In this document: piece after piece, positions 15,977 to 24,700 of the stretch
Layout of the letters: each line of letters begins with the position of its first letter
How positions within the stretch are numbered: the first letter of the stretch is position 1
Assembly (NCBI GenBank): GCA_963814585.1
Contig: CAWFDF010000004.1
Location: 160,001-224,000, forward strand
Reading direction: 5' to 3'
DNA: 64,000 nucleotides
DNA from: an uncultured delta proteobacterium
GTDB lineage: Bacteria; Myxococcota; Myxococcia; Myxococcales; Anaeromyxobacteraceae
Translations under genes and position numbers: made by a program
Notes under the pieces: generated by a model
The model's database searches: none
Seen by the model: only the letters and a program-made list of their open reading frames with translations
What the model was told of the DNA's origin: nothing

Positions 15977-17758
15977 ATGGCACAGAACGCCCCGACCACC
16001 CACGCCGCCCTCCTCAAGTGGGTGGATGAGACCGCCAAGCTCACCAAGCCCGACCAGGTCGTCTGGTGCGACGGGAGCGAGGCGGAGAAGAAGCGCCTCA
16101 CCGCCGAGGCGGTGGCGGCCAAGATCCTCATCCCGCTCGACCAGCAGAAGTGGCCGAACTGCTACTACCACCACTCCAACCAGAACGACGTGGCGCGCGT
16201 CGAGCACCTCACCGTCATCTGCACGCCCACCAGGGAGGAGGCCGGCCCCACCAACATCTGGATGGCCCCCGCCGAGGCCTACGCCAAGCTCAGCGCCATC
16301 TACGACGGCTGCATGAAGGGCCGCACCATGTACGTGGTGCCCTACATCATGGGCCCGGCCAGCTCGCCGTTCGCCAAGGTGGGCGTCGAGGTGACCGACT
16401 CGGTCTACGTCGCCCTCAACATGGGGATCATGACGAGGATGGGGAAGGTGGCCCTGGACCGGCTCGGCACCGCCGGGGAGTTCAACAAGGGGCTCCACGC
16501 CGTGGCCGACTGCAGCCCGGACCGGCGCTGGATCTGCCACTTCCCGCAGGACAACGCCATCTGGTCGGTCGGCTCGGGCTACGGCGGCAACGCCCTGCTC
16601 GGCAAGAAGTGCCTGGCGCTGCGCATCGGCAGCTACCTGGCCAAGAAGGAGGGCTGGCTCGCCGAGCACATGCTCATCCTCGAGGCCGAGAGCCCGCTGG
16701 GCGAGATCAGCTACGTGGCCGCCGCCTTCCCGTCGGCCTGCGGCAAGACCAACTTCGCCATGATGATCCCGCCCAAGACGTTCGAGGGCTGGAAGATCCG
16801 CACCGTGGGCGACGACATCGCCTGGATGCGCGTCGGCGAGAACGGCCAGCTCTGGGCCGTCAACCCGGAGAACGGCTACTTCGGCGTCGCCCCCGGCACC
16901 AACCGCAAGACCAACCCCAACGCCATGGAGAGCGTCCGCAAGGACTCGCTCTTCACCAACGTGGCCCGCACCAGGGACGGCGACATCTGGTGGGAGGGCT
17001 GGGACACCGAGGCGCCCGCCGAGCTCATCGACTGGAAGGGCGCCACCTGGAAGAAGGGCAGCCTCGACAAGGCGGCCCACCCCAACAGCCGCTTCACCGC
17101 GCCCGCCTCCAACAACCCGGCCCTCTCCAGCAAGGTCGACGACCCGGCCGGCGTGCCCATCTCGGCCATCATCTTCGGCGGCCGCCGCTCCACCACCGTG
17201 CCGCTGGTGCTGGAGGCCTTCAACTGGACGCACGGCGTCTTCATGGGCGCCACCATGGGCTCGGAGACCACCGCCGCCGCGGTCGGCCTGAAGGAGGGCG
17301 TGCGCCGCGACCCCATGGCCATGCTGCCGTTCATCGGCTACGACGCCGGCACCTACCTGCAGCACTGGCTCGACATGCAGGGGCGGATCCCCAACCCGCC
17401 CAAGGTCTTCATGGTCAACTGGTTCCGCAAGGACGCCAACGGCAAGTTCATGTGGCCGGGCTACGGCGACAACATGCGGGTCCTCAAGTGGATCCTGGAG
17501 CGGAGCCACGGCCGCGTCACCGCCAAGGAGACGCTGGTCGGGCACGTGCCGCGCCCCGAGGACATCAACCTGAACGGCCTCGATCTCAGCAACGAGGCCG
17601 TGGCCAAGATCATGGACGTCGACCTGGCCGAGTGGCAGACCGAGCTGGAGAGCCAGCAGGAGTGGTTCGACAAGCTGGGCCCGACCTTGCCCCGGCCCAT
17701 CTCCCTCCAGCGTGACGTGCTGCTGGAGCGGGTCAGGCGCGCCCGCACCGTGAAGTAG
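15977..17758 (+). CDS. pckG: Phosphoenolpyruvate carboxykinase (GTP)
   Basis: GSGYGGNALLGKKC, WLAEHML, FPSACGKTN, VGDDIAW, NPENGYFGVAPGT, HPNSRF and DPMAMLPF motifs. Confidence 0.96.
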   Translation: MAQNAPTTHAALLKWVDETAKLTKPDQVVWCDGSEAEKKRLTAEAVAAKILIPLDQQKWPNCYYHHSNQNDVARVEHLTVICTPTREEAGPTNIWMAPAEAYAKLSAIYDGCMKGRTMYVVPYIMGPASSPFAKVGVEVTDSVYVALNMGIMTRMGKVALDRLGTAGEFNKGLHAVADCSPDRRWICHFPQDNAIWSVGSGYGGNALLGKKCLALRIGSYLAKKEGWLAEHMLILEAESPLGEISYVAAAFPSACGKTNFAMMIPPKTFEGWKIRTVGDDIAWMRVGENGQLWAVNPENGYFGVAPGTNRKTNPNAMESVRKDSLFTNVARTRDGDIWWEGWDTEAPAELIDWKGATWKKGSLDKAAHPNSRFTAPASNNPALSSKVDDPAGVPISAIIFGGRRSTTVPLVLEAFNWTHGVFMGATMGSETTAAAVGLKEGVRRDPMAMLPFIGYDAGTYLQHWLDMQGRIPNPPKVFMVNWFRKDANGKFMWPGYGDNMRVLKWILERSHGRVTAKETLVGHVPRPEDINLNGLDLSNEAVAKIMDVDLAEWQTELESQQEWFDKLGPTLPRPISLQRDVLLERVRRARTVK

Positions 17759-17780
17759 CGCGCCACCCCGGCGGGGACCC

Positions 17781-17817
17781 CGGCGGGCCCGGTCGACAGG
17801 CCGGGCCCGTCGTGTTT
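17781..17817 (+). terminator. Probable intrinsic terminator after pckG
   Basis: Stem cggcgggcccgg / ccgggcccgtcg (one G-U pair) followed by tgttt. Confidence 0.55.
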
Positions 17818-17855
17818 CCGGGGCCGGGGCGGCGCCGGCGCGCTACAACCGGACC

Positions 17856-18593
17856 ATGTGCACGCTCGCCATCGCCCTCGGCGTCGACCGGCGCTGGCCG
17901 GTGCTGGTGGCCGCCAACCGCGACGAGCGGCTGGGGCGAGCCGCCGAGGGGTGGGCGTGGCGGACCACGCCCGGCGGCCTCCGCTGGGTCGGGCCGCGAG
18001 ACGCCCTGGCGGGCGGCACCTGGATCGGCCTCTCGGCGGGCGGCGTGCTGGCGGCGCTGACCAACTTCCACGCCCCGCTCGACTGGTACCCCGACCCGGC
18101 CAGGCGCTCCCGGGGGGAGCTGGTGCCGCTGTCGCTCGAGGCCCCCTCGGCGTCGGCGGCGCGCGAGGCGCTGGCGCCGCTCGACCCGGCGGCGTGGAAC
18201 CCGTTCCACCTGGTGGTGGCCGACGCCGCCTCGGCCTTCCTGTGGTGGTTCGACGGTGAGGCCGCCGGCGTCGAGCCCCTCGGCCCCGGCCTGCACGTGG
18301 TCACCGAGGACTCGCCGCGCGGCGCCGGCCCCCGCGGCGACCTGGTCCGCGCCCGCTGGCCGATGGACCCGTCGCCGGGGCGGCTGCGCGAGGTGCTCTC
18401 GCTCCACGCCCCGCCCCACCCGGCCCCCACCTGCCTGCACGTCGAGCCCCACTACGGCACCCGCTCCTCGGCGGTGCTGCGCCTGCCGCGCCACCTCCAC
18501 CACGCCGAGCTCTACGCCGCCGACGGCCCACCCTGCACCTTCCCGCTCGAGGACCGCTCGGCGCTGCTGGCGGCGCTGGCGGCACGGCCCTGA
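17856..18593 (+). CDS. NRDE family (TANGO2-like) protein
   Basis: N-terminal MC..., AANRDE, GGTWIG, LTN, SRGELV and YGTRSS motifs. Confidence 0.9.
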   Translation: MCTLAIALGVDRRWPVLVAANRDERLGRAAEGWAWRTTPGGLRWVGPRDALAGGTWIGLSAGGVLAALTNFHAPLDWYPDPARRSRGELVPLSLEAPSASAAREALAPLDPAAWNPFHLVVADAASAFLWWFDGEAAGVEPLGPGLHVVTEDSPRGAGPRGDLVRARWPMDPSPGRLREVLSLHAPPHPAPTCLHVEPHYGTRSSAVLRLPRHLHHAELYAADGPPCTFPLEDRSALLAALAARP

Positions 18594-18670
18594 TCGTCGG
18601 GCCGGCTCGCCCGATGGACCGGCCCGATCGCCTTGACTCGGACCGCTCGCCGGGACATCACAGGGGCGCC

Positions 18671-19009
18671 ATGGGACTCCTCGACCGGATCAACCTGCAG
18701 AAGCACACCTCCGAGCCGCCGGAGGCCATCGACGTCCTGCCCGACCACGCGCTGCAGGTCAGCTGGCCCGGCGGGAGGCAGGTCTCCATCCCGGCCCGGG
18801 AGCTGCGCGACCGCTGCCCCTGCGCCGGCTGCGTGGAGGAGCTGACCGGCAAGAAGCTGCTCGACCCGGCCACCATCCCCGCCGACATCCGCCCGGTCGC
18901 CATCAACCCGGTGGGCAACTACGCCATCCAGATCGAGTGGTCGGACGGCCACGGCACCGGCCTCTACACCTGGGCGACGCTGCGGGCCATCGGCGACCTG
19001 CAGGCCTGA
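18671..19009 (+). CDS. DUF971 / gamma-butyrobetaine hydroxylase N-terminal-like metal-binding protein
   Basis: LRDRCPCAGC and VGNYAIQIEWSDGHGTGLYTW. ATG at 18671. Confidence 0.85.
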   Translation: MGLLDRINLQKHTSEPPEAIDVLPDHALQVSWPGGRQVSIPARELRDRCPCAGCVEELTGKKLLDPATIPADIRPVAINPVGNYAIQIEWSDGHGTGLYTWATLRAIGDLQA

Positions 19010-19019
19010 GCGTCCCGAT

Positions 19020-19526
19020 CTACCGCCGGCGCCCCCGCACCATGGCCCGATCCATCTCGCGCTTCGACTCGCGCTCGGCGATGGCGCCGCGCCGGTCCTC
19101 ATGGGTGCGCCCCTTGGCCAGCGCCAGCTCCACCTTGGCCCACCCGCCGCGGAAGTAGATCTGCGTGGGGATGAGCGTGTAGCCCGACCGCTCCACCTTG
19201 CCGGCGAGCTTGTCGATCTGGCTGCGCCCCACCAGCAGCTTCCGGTCGCGCACCGGGGCGTGCCCGAACGGGCCGGCCTTGTCGTACTCGCCGATGCGGC
19301 AGTTGACCAGCCAGAGCTCCTCGCCGCGCGGCTGGGCGTAGGCGTCGGCCAGGTTGGCGTTGCCGGCGCGCAGCGACTTGACCTCGCTGCCCTGCAGCAC
19401 CAGCCCGGCCTCGATCCGCTCCTCGATCTGGAAGTCGAACCCGGCGCGCCGGTTGCGGGCCACCACCTGCACGTCGGGCTCGGCCCGCTTCTCGGACTGC
19501 TTGGCCCCCCCGGCCTTCTTGCTCAC
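19020..19526 (-). CDS. smpB: SsrA-binding protein SmpB
   Basis: NRRA, EAGLVLQGSEVKSLR, RDRKLL, G.TLIP..IYF, KVELALAKG motifs. Confidence 0.95.
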   Translation of the reverse strand: MSKKAGGAKQSEKRAEPDVQVVARNRRAGFDFQIEERIEAGLVLQGSEVKSLRAGNANLADAYAQPRGEELWLVNCRIGEYDKAGPFGHAPVRDRKLLVGRSQIDKLAGKVERSGYTLIPTQIYFRGGWAKVELALAKGRTHEDRRGAIAERESKREMDRAMVRGRRR

Positions 19527-19542
19527 GCCCGCCCCCGGCAGG

Positions 19543-20412
19543 TCACGGCAGCACCAGGTTGTCGATGAGCCGGGTGGTCCCCACGAAGGCGGCCACCAGC
19601 AGGACGCTCCCCGGCGCCGCCACGGCGGTGGGCTGGAGCGTGTCCGGGTGGACCAGCTCGACGTAGTCGATGCGAACCCCGGCCGAGGCGAGCCGCGCGC
19701 GCGCCGCCGCCGTCAGCGCCGCCGCCTCGCGCCGCCCCGCCTCGACCGCCTGCCGGGCCTCGAAGAGGGAGCGCGACAGCGACAGCGCCGCCTGCCGCTG
19801 GTCGGGCCTCAGGTAGGCGTTGCGGGAGGAGCGGGCCAGGCCGTCGGCCTCGCGCACGATGGGCATCCCCACGATCTCGACCCCGAAGGCCAGGTCGCGG
19901 ACCATGGCCCGGATCACCGCCAGCTGCTGCCAGTCCTTCTCGCCGAACAGGGCGAGGTGTGGCCGGGTCAGGTTGAGGAGCTTCGCCACCACGGTGGCCA
20001 CCCCGCGGAAGTGGCCGGGCCGGCTGGCGCCGCAGAGCCCCTGGCTGGCCCGCTCCACGTCCACCCAGGACTGGTGGCCGGGCGCGAACACGAGCGCCGG
20101 ATCCGGCGGCGCCAGCACCAGGTCGATGCCGGACTCCGCGCAGGTGGCCAGGTCCCCGGCCAGGTCGCGCGGGTAGCGCGAGAGGTCCTCGCCGGGGCCG
20201 AACTGGGTGGGGTTGACGAAGATGGTGGCCAGCGCCAGCCCCCGCTGGCCGCCCAGGTCGGCGCGCCGCCGCGCCTCGCGGAGCAGCGAGCGGTGGCCGT
20301 CGTGCAGGAAGCCCATGGTCGGCACCAGCGCCAGGCGCAGGCCGGAGTCGCGGGCCTCGCCGCAGCGCGCCTGCCAGGCGGCCGGATCGGTGAAGAGCTG
20401 TGGGGCCGGCAC
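19543..20412 (-). CDS. panC: Pantoate--beta-alanine ligase
   Basis: VPTMGFLHDGH, IFVNPTQFG, RPGHFRGV, FGEKDWQQ, GLARSSRN and RLIDN motifs. Confidence 0.95.
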   Translation of the reverse strand: MPAPQLFTDPAAWQARCGEARDSGLRLALVPTMGFLHDGHRSLLREARRRADLGGQRGLALATIFVNPTQFGPGEDLSRYPRDLAGDLATCAESGIDLVLAPPDPALVFAPGHQSWVDVERASQGLCGASRPGHFRGVATVVAKLLNLTRPHLALFGEKDWQQLAVIRAMVRDLAFGVEIVGMPIVREADGLARSSRNAYLRPDQRQAALSLSRSLFEARQAVEAGRREAAALTAAARARLASAGVRIDYVELVHPDTLQPTAVAAPGSVLLVAAFVGTTRLIDNLVLP

Positions 20413-20430
20413 GGGGTTCGAGTGGCCTCG

Positions 20431-21342
20431 CTACACCGGGGCGCCCATGACGCCGGGCGGCTCCTCGGGCGGGTCCTCGGCGACCGGCACCAGCCGGACG
20501 GCGGAGGAGTGGAAGCTGTGCTCGTCGGCCGGGAAGGCGCGGGCCTTCACCTCGGCGACGTACCGACCCACCGCGTCGGTCACCGCCTCGCCCAGCTCGG
20601 CGAACCGCTTCACGAACTTCGGCGTGAAGCTGGCGTCCAGGCCGAGCAGGTCGTTGAGCACCAGCACCTGGCCGTCGCAGGTGGGGCCGGCGCCGATGCC
20701 GATGGTTGGGATCTCGAGCTGGCCGGAGATGACCCGGGCCAGCTCGGTGGGGATGCACTCGAGGACGATGGCGTAGCAGCCGGCCGCCTCCAGCATGCGG
20801 GCGTCGTGCAGCAGCTGCTGGGCCCGCTCGGCGTCCTTGCCCTGCACCACGTAGCCGCCCAGCTTGTGGACCGACTGCGGGGTGAGCCCGATGTGGCCCA
20901 TCACCGGCACCCCGGCGCGCACCACGCGGCGGACCACCTCGGCGTAGTCGCTCCCGCCCTCCAGCTTGACCGCCTCGACGCCGCCCTCGGCCACCAGCCG
21001 CATGGCCGCCTTGACCGCCTCGTCGGCGCTGGCCTGGTAGCTGCCGAAGGGGAGGTCGCCGACCAGGTGGGCGATCGCGCCACCGCGGACCAGGCCGCGG
21101 CGGACCATGGCTGAGTGGTAGACCATCTGGTCGATGGTGACCGGGAGCGTGGAGTCGTGCCCCTGCACCACCATGCCGAGGGAGTCGCCGACCAGCACCA
21201 CGTCGACGCCGGCCGCCGCGACCAGCCGGGCCGCGGTGGCGTCGTAGGCGGTGACCATGGCGATCTTCTCGCCGCGGTCCTTCATCCGCTTCAGCTCGTT
21301 GATGGTGACGCGTCGCGGGGGGGGGCCGCTCTGTGTCGACAT
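20431..21342 (-). CDS. panB: 3-methyl-2-oxobutanoate hydroxymethyltransferase
   Basis: [25 protein letters not shown] and IGIGAG..CDGQVLV motifs. ATG at 21342 preceded by a GGAGGT RBS. Confidence 0.95.
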   Translation of the reverse strand: MSTQSGPPPRRVTINELKRMKDRGEKIAMVTAYDATAARLVAAAGVDVVLVGDSLGMVVQGHDSTLPVTIDQMVYHSAMVRRGLVRGGAIAHLVGDLPFGSYQASADEAVKAAMRLVAEGGVEAVKLEGGSDYAEVVRRVVRAGVPVMGHIGLTPQSVHKLGGYVVQGKDAERAQQLLHDARMLEAAGCYAIVLECIPTELARVISGQLEIPTIGIGAGPTCDGQVLVLNDLLGLDASFTPKFVKRFAELGEAVTDAVGRYVAEVKARAFPADEHSFHSSAVRLVPVAEDPPEEPPGVMGAPV

Positions 21343-21401
21343 GCCGACCTCCGGTGCAGGCCCCTGCTCGGGGTCCCACCCGTTGGAAGGGGTGAAGGGT
21401 G

Positions 21402-21431
21402 AATCTAAATCCGAGGGGGGAGGCCTGTCAC
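21402..21431 (-). promoter_or_regulatory. Possible sigma70-type promoter of panB
   Basis: GTGACA-N18-TAGATT on the minus strand, about 60 nt before the panB start. Confidence 0.4.
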
Positions 21432-21506
21432 CTACGCGGCGCGTCAAGCCGTGGGCGAGCCTCGCCGCCGGCCCCATGCCGTCGGCGCCGTCGGCCGCGG
21501 GACCTG

Positions 21507-21621
21507 CACCGTGCGCCGCGCGGGACGTCCACCGTGCGTCGTTCAGGTCGCCCACCGTGCGCCGTGCGGGACGTCCACCGTGCGCCGCTCAGGTCGCCCA
21601 CCGTGCGCCGTGCGCTGGGTC
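21507..21621. repeat. Intergenic 23-bp-period repeat: five CACCGTGCG(C/T)CG cores with alternating 11-bp tails
   Basis: Cores start at 21507, 21530, 21553, 21576 and 21599. Tails: cgcgggacgtc, ttcaggtcgcc, tgcgggacgtc, ctcaggtcgcc, tgcgctgggtc. Confidence 0.9.
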
Positions 21622-21685
21622 CGGCCCGGCGGCCGGCCTGGCCGCCTGGACGCGCCTCGACCCGGCACGCCATGATGCCGCGGCC

Positions 21686-22519
21686 ATGCCCGAAGGTACC
21701 GCCGCGCTCCTGGCCTCGGCGTTCCTGCACGCCGCCTGGAATGCACTGCTGAAGCGCGAGCGCGACCCGCAGGTGGCGGTGCTGGGCGTGCTGGCCGCGG
21801 CGCTGGCGGTGGCGGCCGCCGGGGCGCTGGTCCTGCCGGGCGCCGGCTTCCCGGGGCGTGACGGCCTGGCCTGGACCATCGCCGCCGGCTTCTTCGAGGG
21901 GGCCTACTTCGTGGCCCTGGCCGCCGCCCTGAGCCGCGCCACCTACGGCGCCGTCTACGCCATCGCCCGCGGCGGCGCGCTCCTGCTGGTCTGGCCGGCC
22001 GCGGCGCTGCTGCTCGGCGAGCCCTCCACGCCGCGCGGGGCCCTGGGGGCGCTGATCGTCGGCCTGGGCGTCGCGCTGGTGGCGCTGGCCGGACGCGTGC
22101 GGGCCAGCGGGGGCGGGGTCGCCTGGGCGGTCGGCTGCGCCACCAGCATCGCCGGGTACCACCTCTGCTACGACCGCGCCCTGGCCGCGGGGGCGGCGCC
22201 GACCCCGGTGTTCGCGGTGGCGCTGGCGGTGGCCCTGCCCATGGTCTGGGCCTCGGTGTGGATCCGGGGCGGGACGGGCCGGCCGGACTGGCGCACCACC
22301 GGCCGGTGGGCGCTGGCCGGGCTGCTCTGCACCGGCTCCTTCCTGCTCTTCCTCTCCGGGCTGGCGAGGAGCGGGGCCGGGCCGGCGCTCACGCTGCGCA
22401 ACACGGCGGTGGTCTTCGCCCAGGTGCTGGCGGTCGGGATGGGCGAGCCGGTCTCGCGCCGGCAGCTGCTCGGCTCGGCCCTGGTGGTGGCCGGCGCCGC
22501 CGTGCTGGCCTGGCCCTGA
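21686..22519 (+). CDS. EamA/DMT family transporter
   Basis: SAFLHAAWNALLK, VYAIARG, LLGEP and LRNTAVVFA motifs. About 10 TM segments in two repeats. Confidence 0.85.
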   Translation: MPEGTAALLASAFLHAAWNALLKRERDPQVAVLGVLAAALAVAAAGALVLPGAGFPGRDGLAWTIAAGFFEGAYFVALAAALSRATYGAVYAIARGGALLLVWPAAALLLGEPSTPRGALGALIVGLGVALVALAGRVRASGGGVAWAVGCATSIAGYHLCYDRALAAGAAPTPVFAVALAVALPMVWASVWIRGGTGRPDWRTTGRWALAGLLCTGSFLLFLSGLARSGAGPALTLRNTAVVFAQVLAVGMGEPVSRRQLLGSALVVAGAAVLAWP

Positions 22520-22540
22520 CGGCGGCGGGCCGGCCGTCCC

Positions 22541-23191
22541 CTACCCGCGCCTCCCCGGGAGGTAGTGCTGCGTCCCCTTGCGGTGGCGGCGGATCACCGT
22601 GACCAGCGCCTCGACGTCCTCGGCGGAGTCGACCAGGTCGATGTCGCTGGTGTTGACGACCAGCAGCGGCGTCTCCTCGTAGTGGAAGAAGAAGACGTTG
22701 TAGGCCGTCGCCAGCGACTCGACGTAGGCCGGGTCGATCTGCCGCTCGTAGGCGCGCCCGCGCCGCCTGATCCGCTGCACCAGCACCTCGGTGCGCGCCT
22801 GGAGGTAGATCACCAGGTCCGGCTTCACCACCCGCGGGCCGAGCGCGCCGAAGAGCCGGTCGTAGAGCGCCAGCTCGTTCTGGTCGAGCGTGAGCGCCGC
22901 GAAGATCCGGTCCTTGGCGAAGAGGTAGTCGGCGACGGTGCTCCGTGAGAAGAGCTCCTGCTGGTGGAGCACCTGCTGCTGCTGGAAGCGCGAGAGCAGG
23001 AAGAAGAGCTGGGTCTGGAACGCGAACTTGCGGGCGTCGTCGTAGAACTGCGCCAGGAACGGGTTCTCCTCGATCGGCTCGAGCACCAGCCGCGCCGCGA
23101 GGCGCTCGGCCAGGATCTGGGCGAGGCTGGTCTTCCCGACGCCGATCGGGCCTTCGATGGCGATGTATCGGGGCCGGTCGGTCTGCGTCAT
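22541..23191 (-). CDS. Deoxynucleoside kinase (dNK family)
   Basis: IAIEGPIGVGKTSLA, ENPFL..FY, QLFFLLSRFQQ, PDLVIYL and RIRRRGRAYE motifs. Confidence 0.9.
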   Translation of the reverse strand: MTQTDRPRYIAIEGPIGVGKTSLAQILAERLAARLVLEPIEENPFLAQFYDDARKFAFQTQLFFLLSRFQQQQVLHQQELFSRSTVADYLFAKDRIFAALTLDQNELALYDRLFGALGPRVVKPDLVIYLQARTEVLVQRIRRRGRAYERQIDPAYVESLATAYNVFFFHYEETPLLVVNTSDIDLVDSAEDVEALVTVIRRHRKGTQHYLPGRRG

Positions 23192-23280
23192 GAGGGCGAT
23201 TCGCGAGAGTACCAAAGCGGGGCAGGGTTGGAATGCTGGAATGGACCAGGCCGGCCCGGCCCGCCGCGCCCCTGACAGGG

Positions 23281-23320
23281 AGATCGTGGTTCCATGATCC
23301 CGAGATCATGGAGACGATCT
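23281..23320. promoter_or_regulatory. Interrupted inverted repeat (hairpin or operator) in an AT-richer intergenic region
   Basis: agatcgt-ggt-tccatgatc-ccga-gatcatgga-g-acgatct. Confidence 0.6.
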
Positions 23321-23378
23321 GAACTGGACCGTTCAAATACCTGATTTTGATGATTTTTCATGGCGATATCGGCTGACC

Positions 23379-23407
23379 TTGACTCCGCCGATCGGCGAAC
23401 GTATTGT
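23379..23407 (+). promoter_or_regulatory. Near-consensus sigma70 promoter with a palindrome in the spacer
   Basis: TTGACT-N17-TATTGT. The spacer holds the perfect palindrome cgccgatcggcg (23386-23397). GGAGG RBS and ATG at 23449 follow. Confidence 0.7.
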
Positions 23408-23448
23408 CGCACCTCATTGCACCAACATCGGCTCGGGAGGCTGCCAGC

Positions 23449-23748
23449 ATGCCGGTCGGACGAGGGTCGGGGGCGAAGGTGGCGACGGCGCGGGCGGTGG
23501 CGGTCGAGCGGACGGGCGAGGGCGCTGCGCCCCTCCCCTGCGACGACGTCGATCCCTCCTTCCACCGCGCCATCCTCAAGATCGCGCTGGAGCTGAAGAA
23601 ACCCACCTCGCTCAGCTACGACCAGGTCGTGGCCGCCACCATCCAGTCGATGCGGCTCGACGCCGCCGCCTTCCGCCGCTACCTCGGCGAGAACGGCGCG
23701 CGCAACATGGGGCTCCTGCTCGCCACGGCACGCGGCGGGGGGCTGTAG
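23449..23748 (+). CDS. Small hypothetical protein (99 aa)
   Basis: Has its own promoter and RBS, GC3-biased codons and a helical-looking core (FHRAILKIALELKK...FRRYLGE). No family recognised. Confidence 0.65.
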   Translation: MPVGRGSGAKVATARAVAVERTGEGAAPLPCDDVDPSFHRAILKIALELKKPTSLSYDQVVAATIQSMRLDAAAFRRYLGENGARNMGLLLATARGGGL

Positions 23749-23836
23749 GAACTTTTCACGGGCGCCCGCCCGATGGTCGGGGCTGGTCGGGGCGGGGCGG
23801 TGGAGGAATGGTCGGGGCGGGCGTCCGTGGCCCTTT

Positions 23837-24700
23837 TCACGTCGAGTCCCTGTGGGCCGCTGGCGGCGGCCCGAGGGCCCGCTCCAGCGCCGACCACTCG
23901 GCGACCGTGAGCGTCTCGCCGCGCCGGCCGCCGTCGATGCCCGCGGCGGCGAGCGCCGCCTCGAGCCGCTCGGCCGGGGCCATCCGCGACGCCTGGAGCG
24001 CGTTCCTGAGCGTCTTGCGCCGCTGCGCGAAGCCGCCCTTGACCAGCGTGCGGAAGCGCCGGGCGTCGATCACCTCGCAGCCCGGGGCCGGCGGCCGGAA
24101 CAGCGCCAGGATCACCGCCGAGTGGACCCTGGGAGGTGGGAAGAAGGCGCCGGGTGGGACGATCCGCTCGATGGAGACGTCGGCCTCCCGCTGCAGGAAG
24201 ACCGAGAGGATCCCCCAGTCCTTCTGGCCAGGCCGGGCCGCCAGCCGATCGGCCACCTCGCGCTGCACCAGGAAGGTGGCCCGGGCCACCTGGTCGAGCT
24301 GGCCGAGGAGCGAGAAGAGGATGGGCGAGGTGAGGTGGTAGGGCAGGTTGCCCACCACCGACAGCCGCTCGCCGGCGCCGGCCACGGTGGCGTAGTCGAA
24401 GCGGGCGGCGTCGGCCTCCAGCAGCGTGATCCGGTCGCCCAGCTCGCCGCGCAGCACCCGGGCCATGTCGCGGTCGCGCTCCACCGCGGTCACCGCCGCG
24501 CCGCGCGCCAGCAGCCGCGCCGTCAGGTGGCCGAGCCCGGCCCCCAGCTCCACCACCCGGGTCCCGGGCGCCGGCGCCGCCAGCCGGGCGATGTCGTCGA
24601 GCACGGCCTCGTCGCCGAGGAAGTTCTGCCCCCAGCTCTTCTTGGCGCGCAGCTCGTACTTGTCGAGCAGCGCCCGCGGGGACGGGTAGGTGGAGGTCAC
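23837..24700 (-). CDS. rsmA: 16S rRNA dimethyladenosine transferase RsmA/KsgA
   Basis: KKSWGQNFL, VELGAGLGHLT, VGNLPYH, QREVADRL, FFPPPRVHS and FAQRRKTLRN motifs. GTG start overlaps the tsaD stop. Confidence 0.95.
   Translation of the reverse strand: MTSTYPSPRALLDKYELRAKKSWGQNFLGDEAVLDDIARLAAPAPGTRVVELGAGLGHLTARLLARGAAVTAVERDRDMARVLRGELGDRITLLEADAARFDYATVAGAGERLSVVGNLPYHLTSPILFSLLGQLDQVARATFLVQREVADRLAARPGQKDWGILSVFLQREADVSIERIVPPGAFFPPPRVHSAVILALFRPPAPGCEVIDARRFRTLVKGGFAQRRKTLRNALQASRMAPAERLEAALAAAGIDGGRRGETLTVAEWSALERALGPPPAAHRDST

Noticed and set aside
19020..19600. tmRNA (ssrA) or tRNA near smpB
   Set aside because: Flanking gaps are only 10-16 nt, and no tRNA-like ends or T-loop structure were recognised anywhere in the window.
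21343..21400. pan RNA motif or riboswitch in the panB leader
   Set aside because: Only a short cccc-gagca-gggg hairpin is visible and I cannot match it to the pan motif by eye. An Rfam/Infernal search would be needed.
21507..21621. Repeat array as a mini CRISPR
   Set aside because: The cores are only 12 bp, the 11-bp intervening segments repeat in A/B alternation rather than being unique spacers, and no cas genes are present.
23319..23336. ctgaac-N6-gttcaa as a LexA box
   Set aside because: The spacer is 6 nt rather than the 4 nt implied by the myxobacterial consensus. Kept only as an unexplained palindrome.
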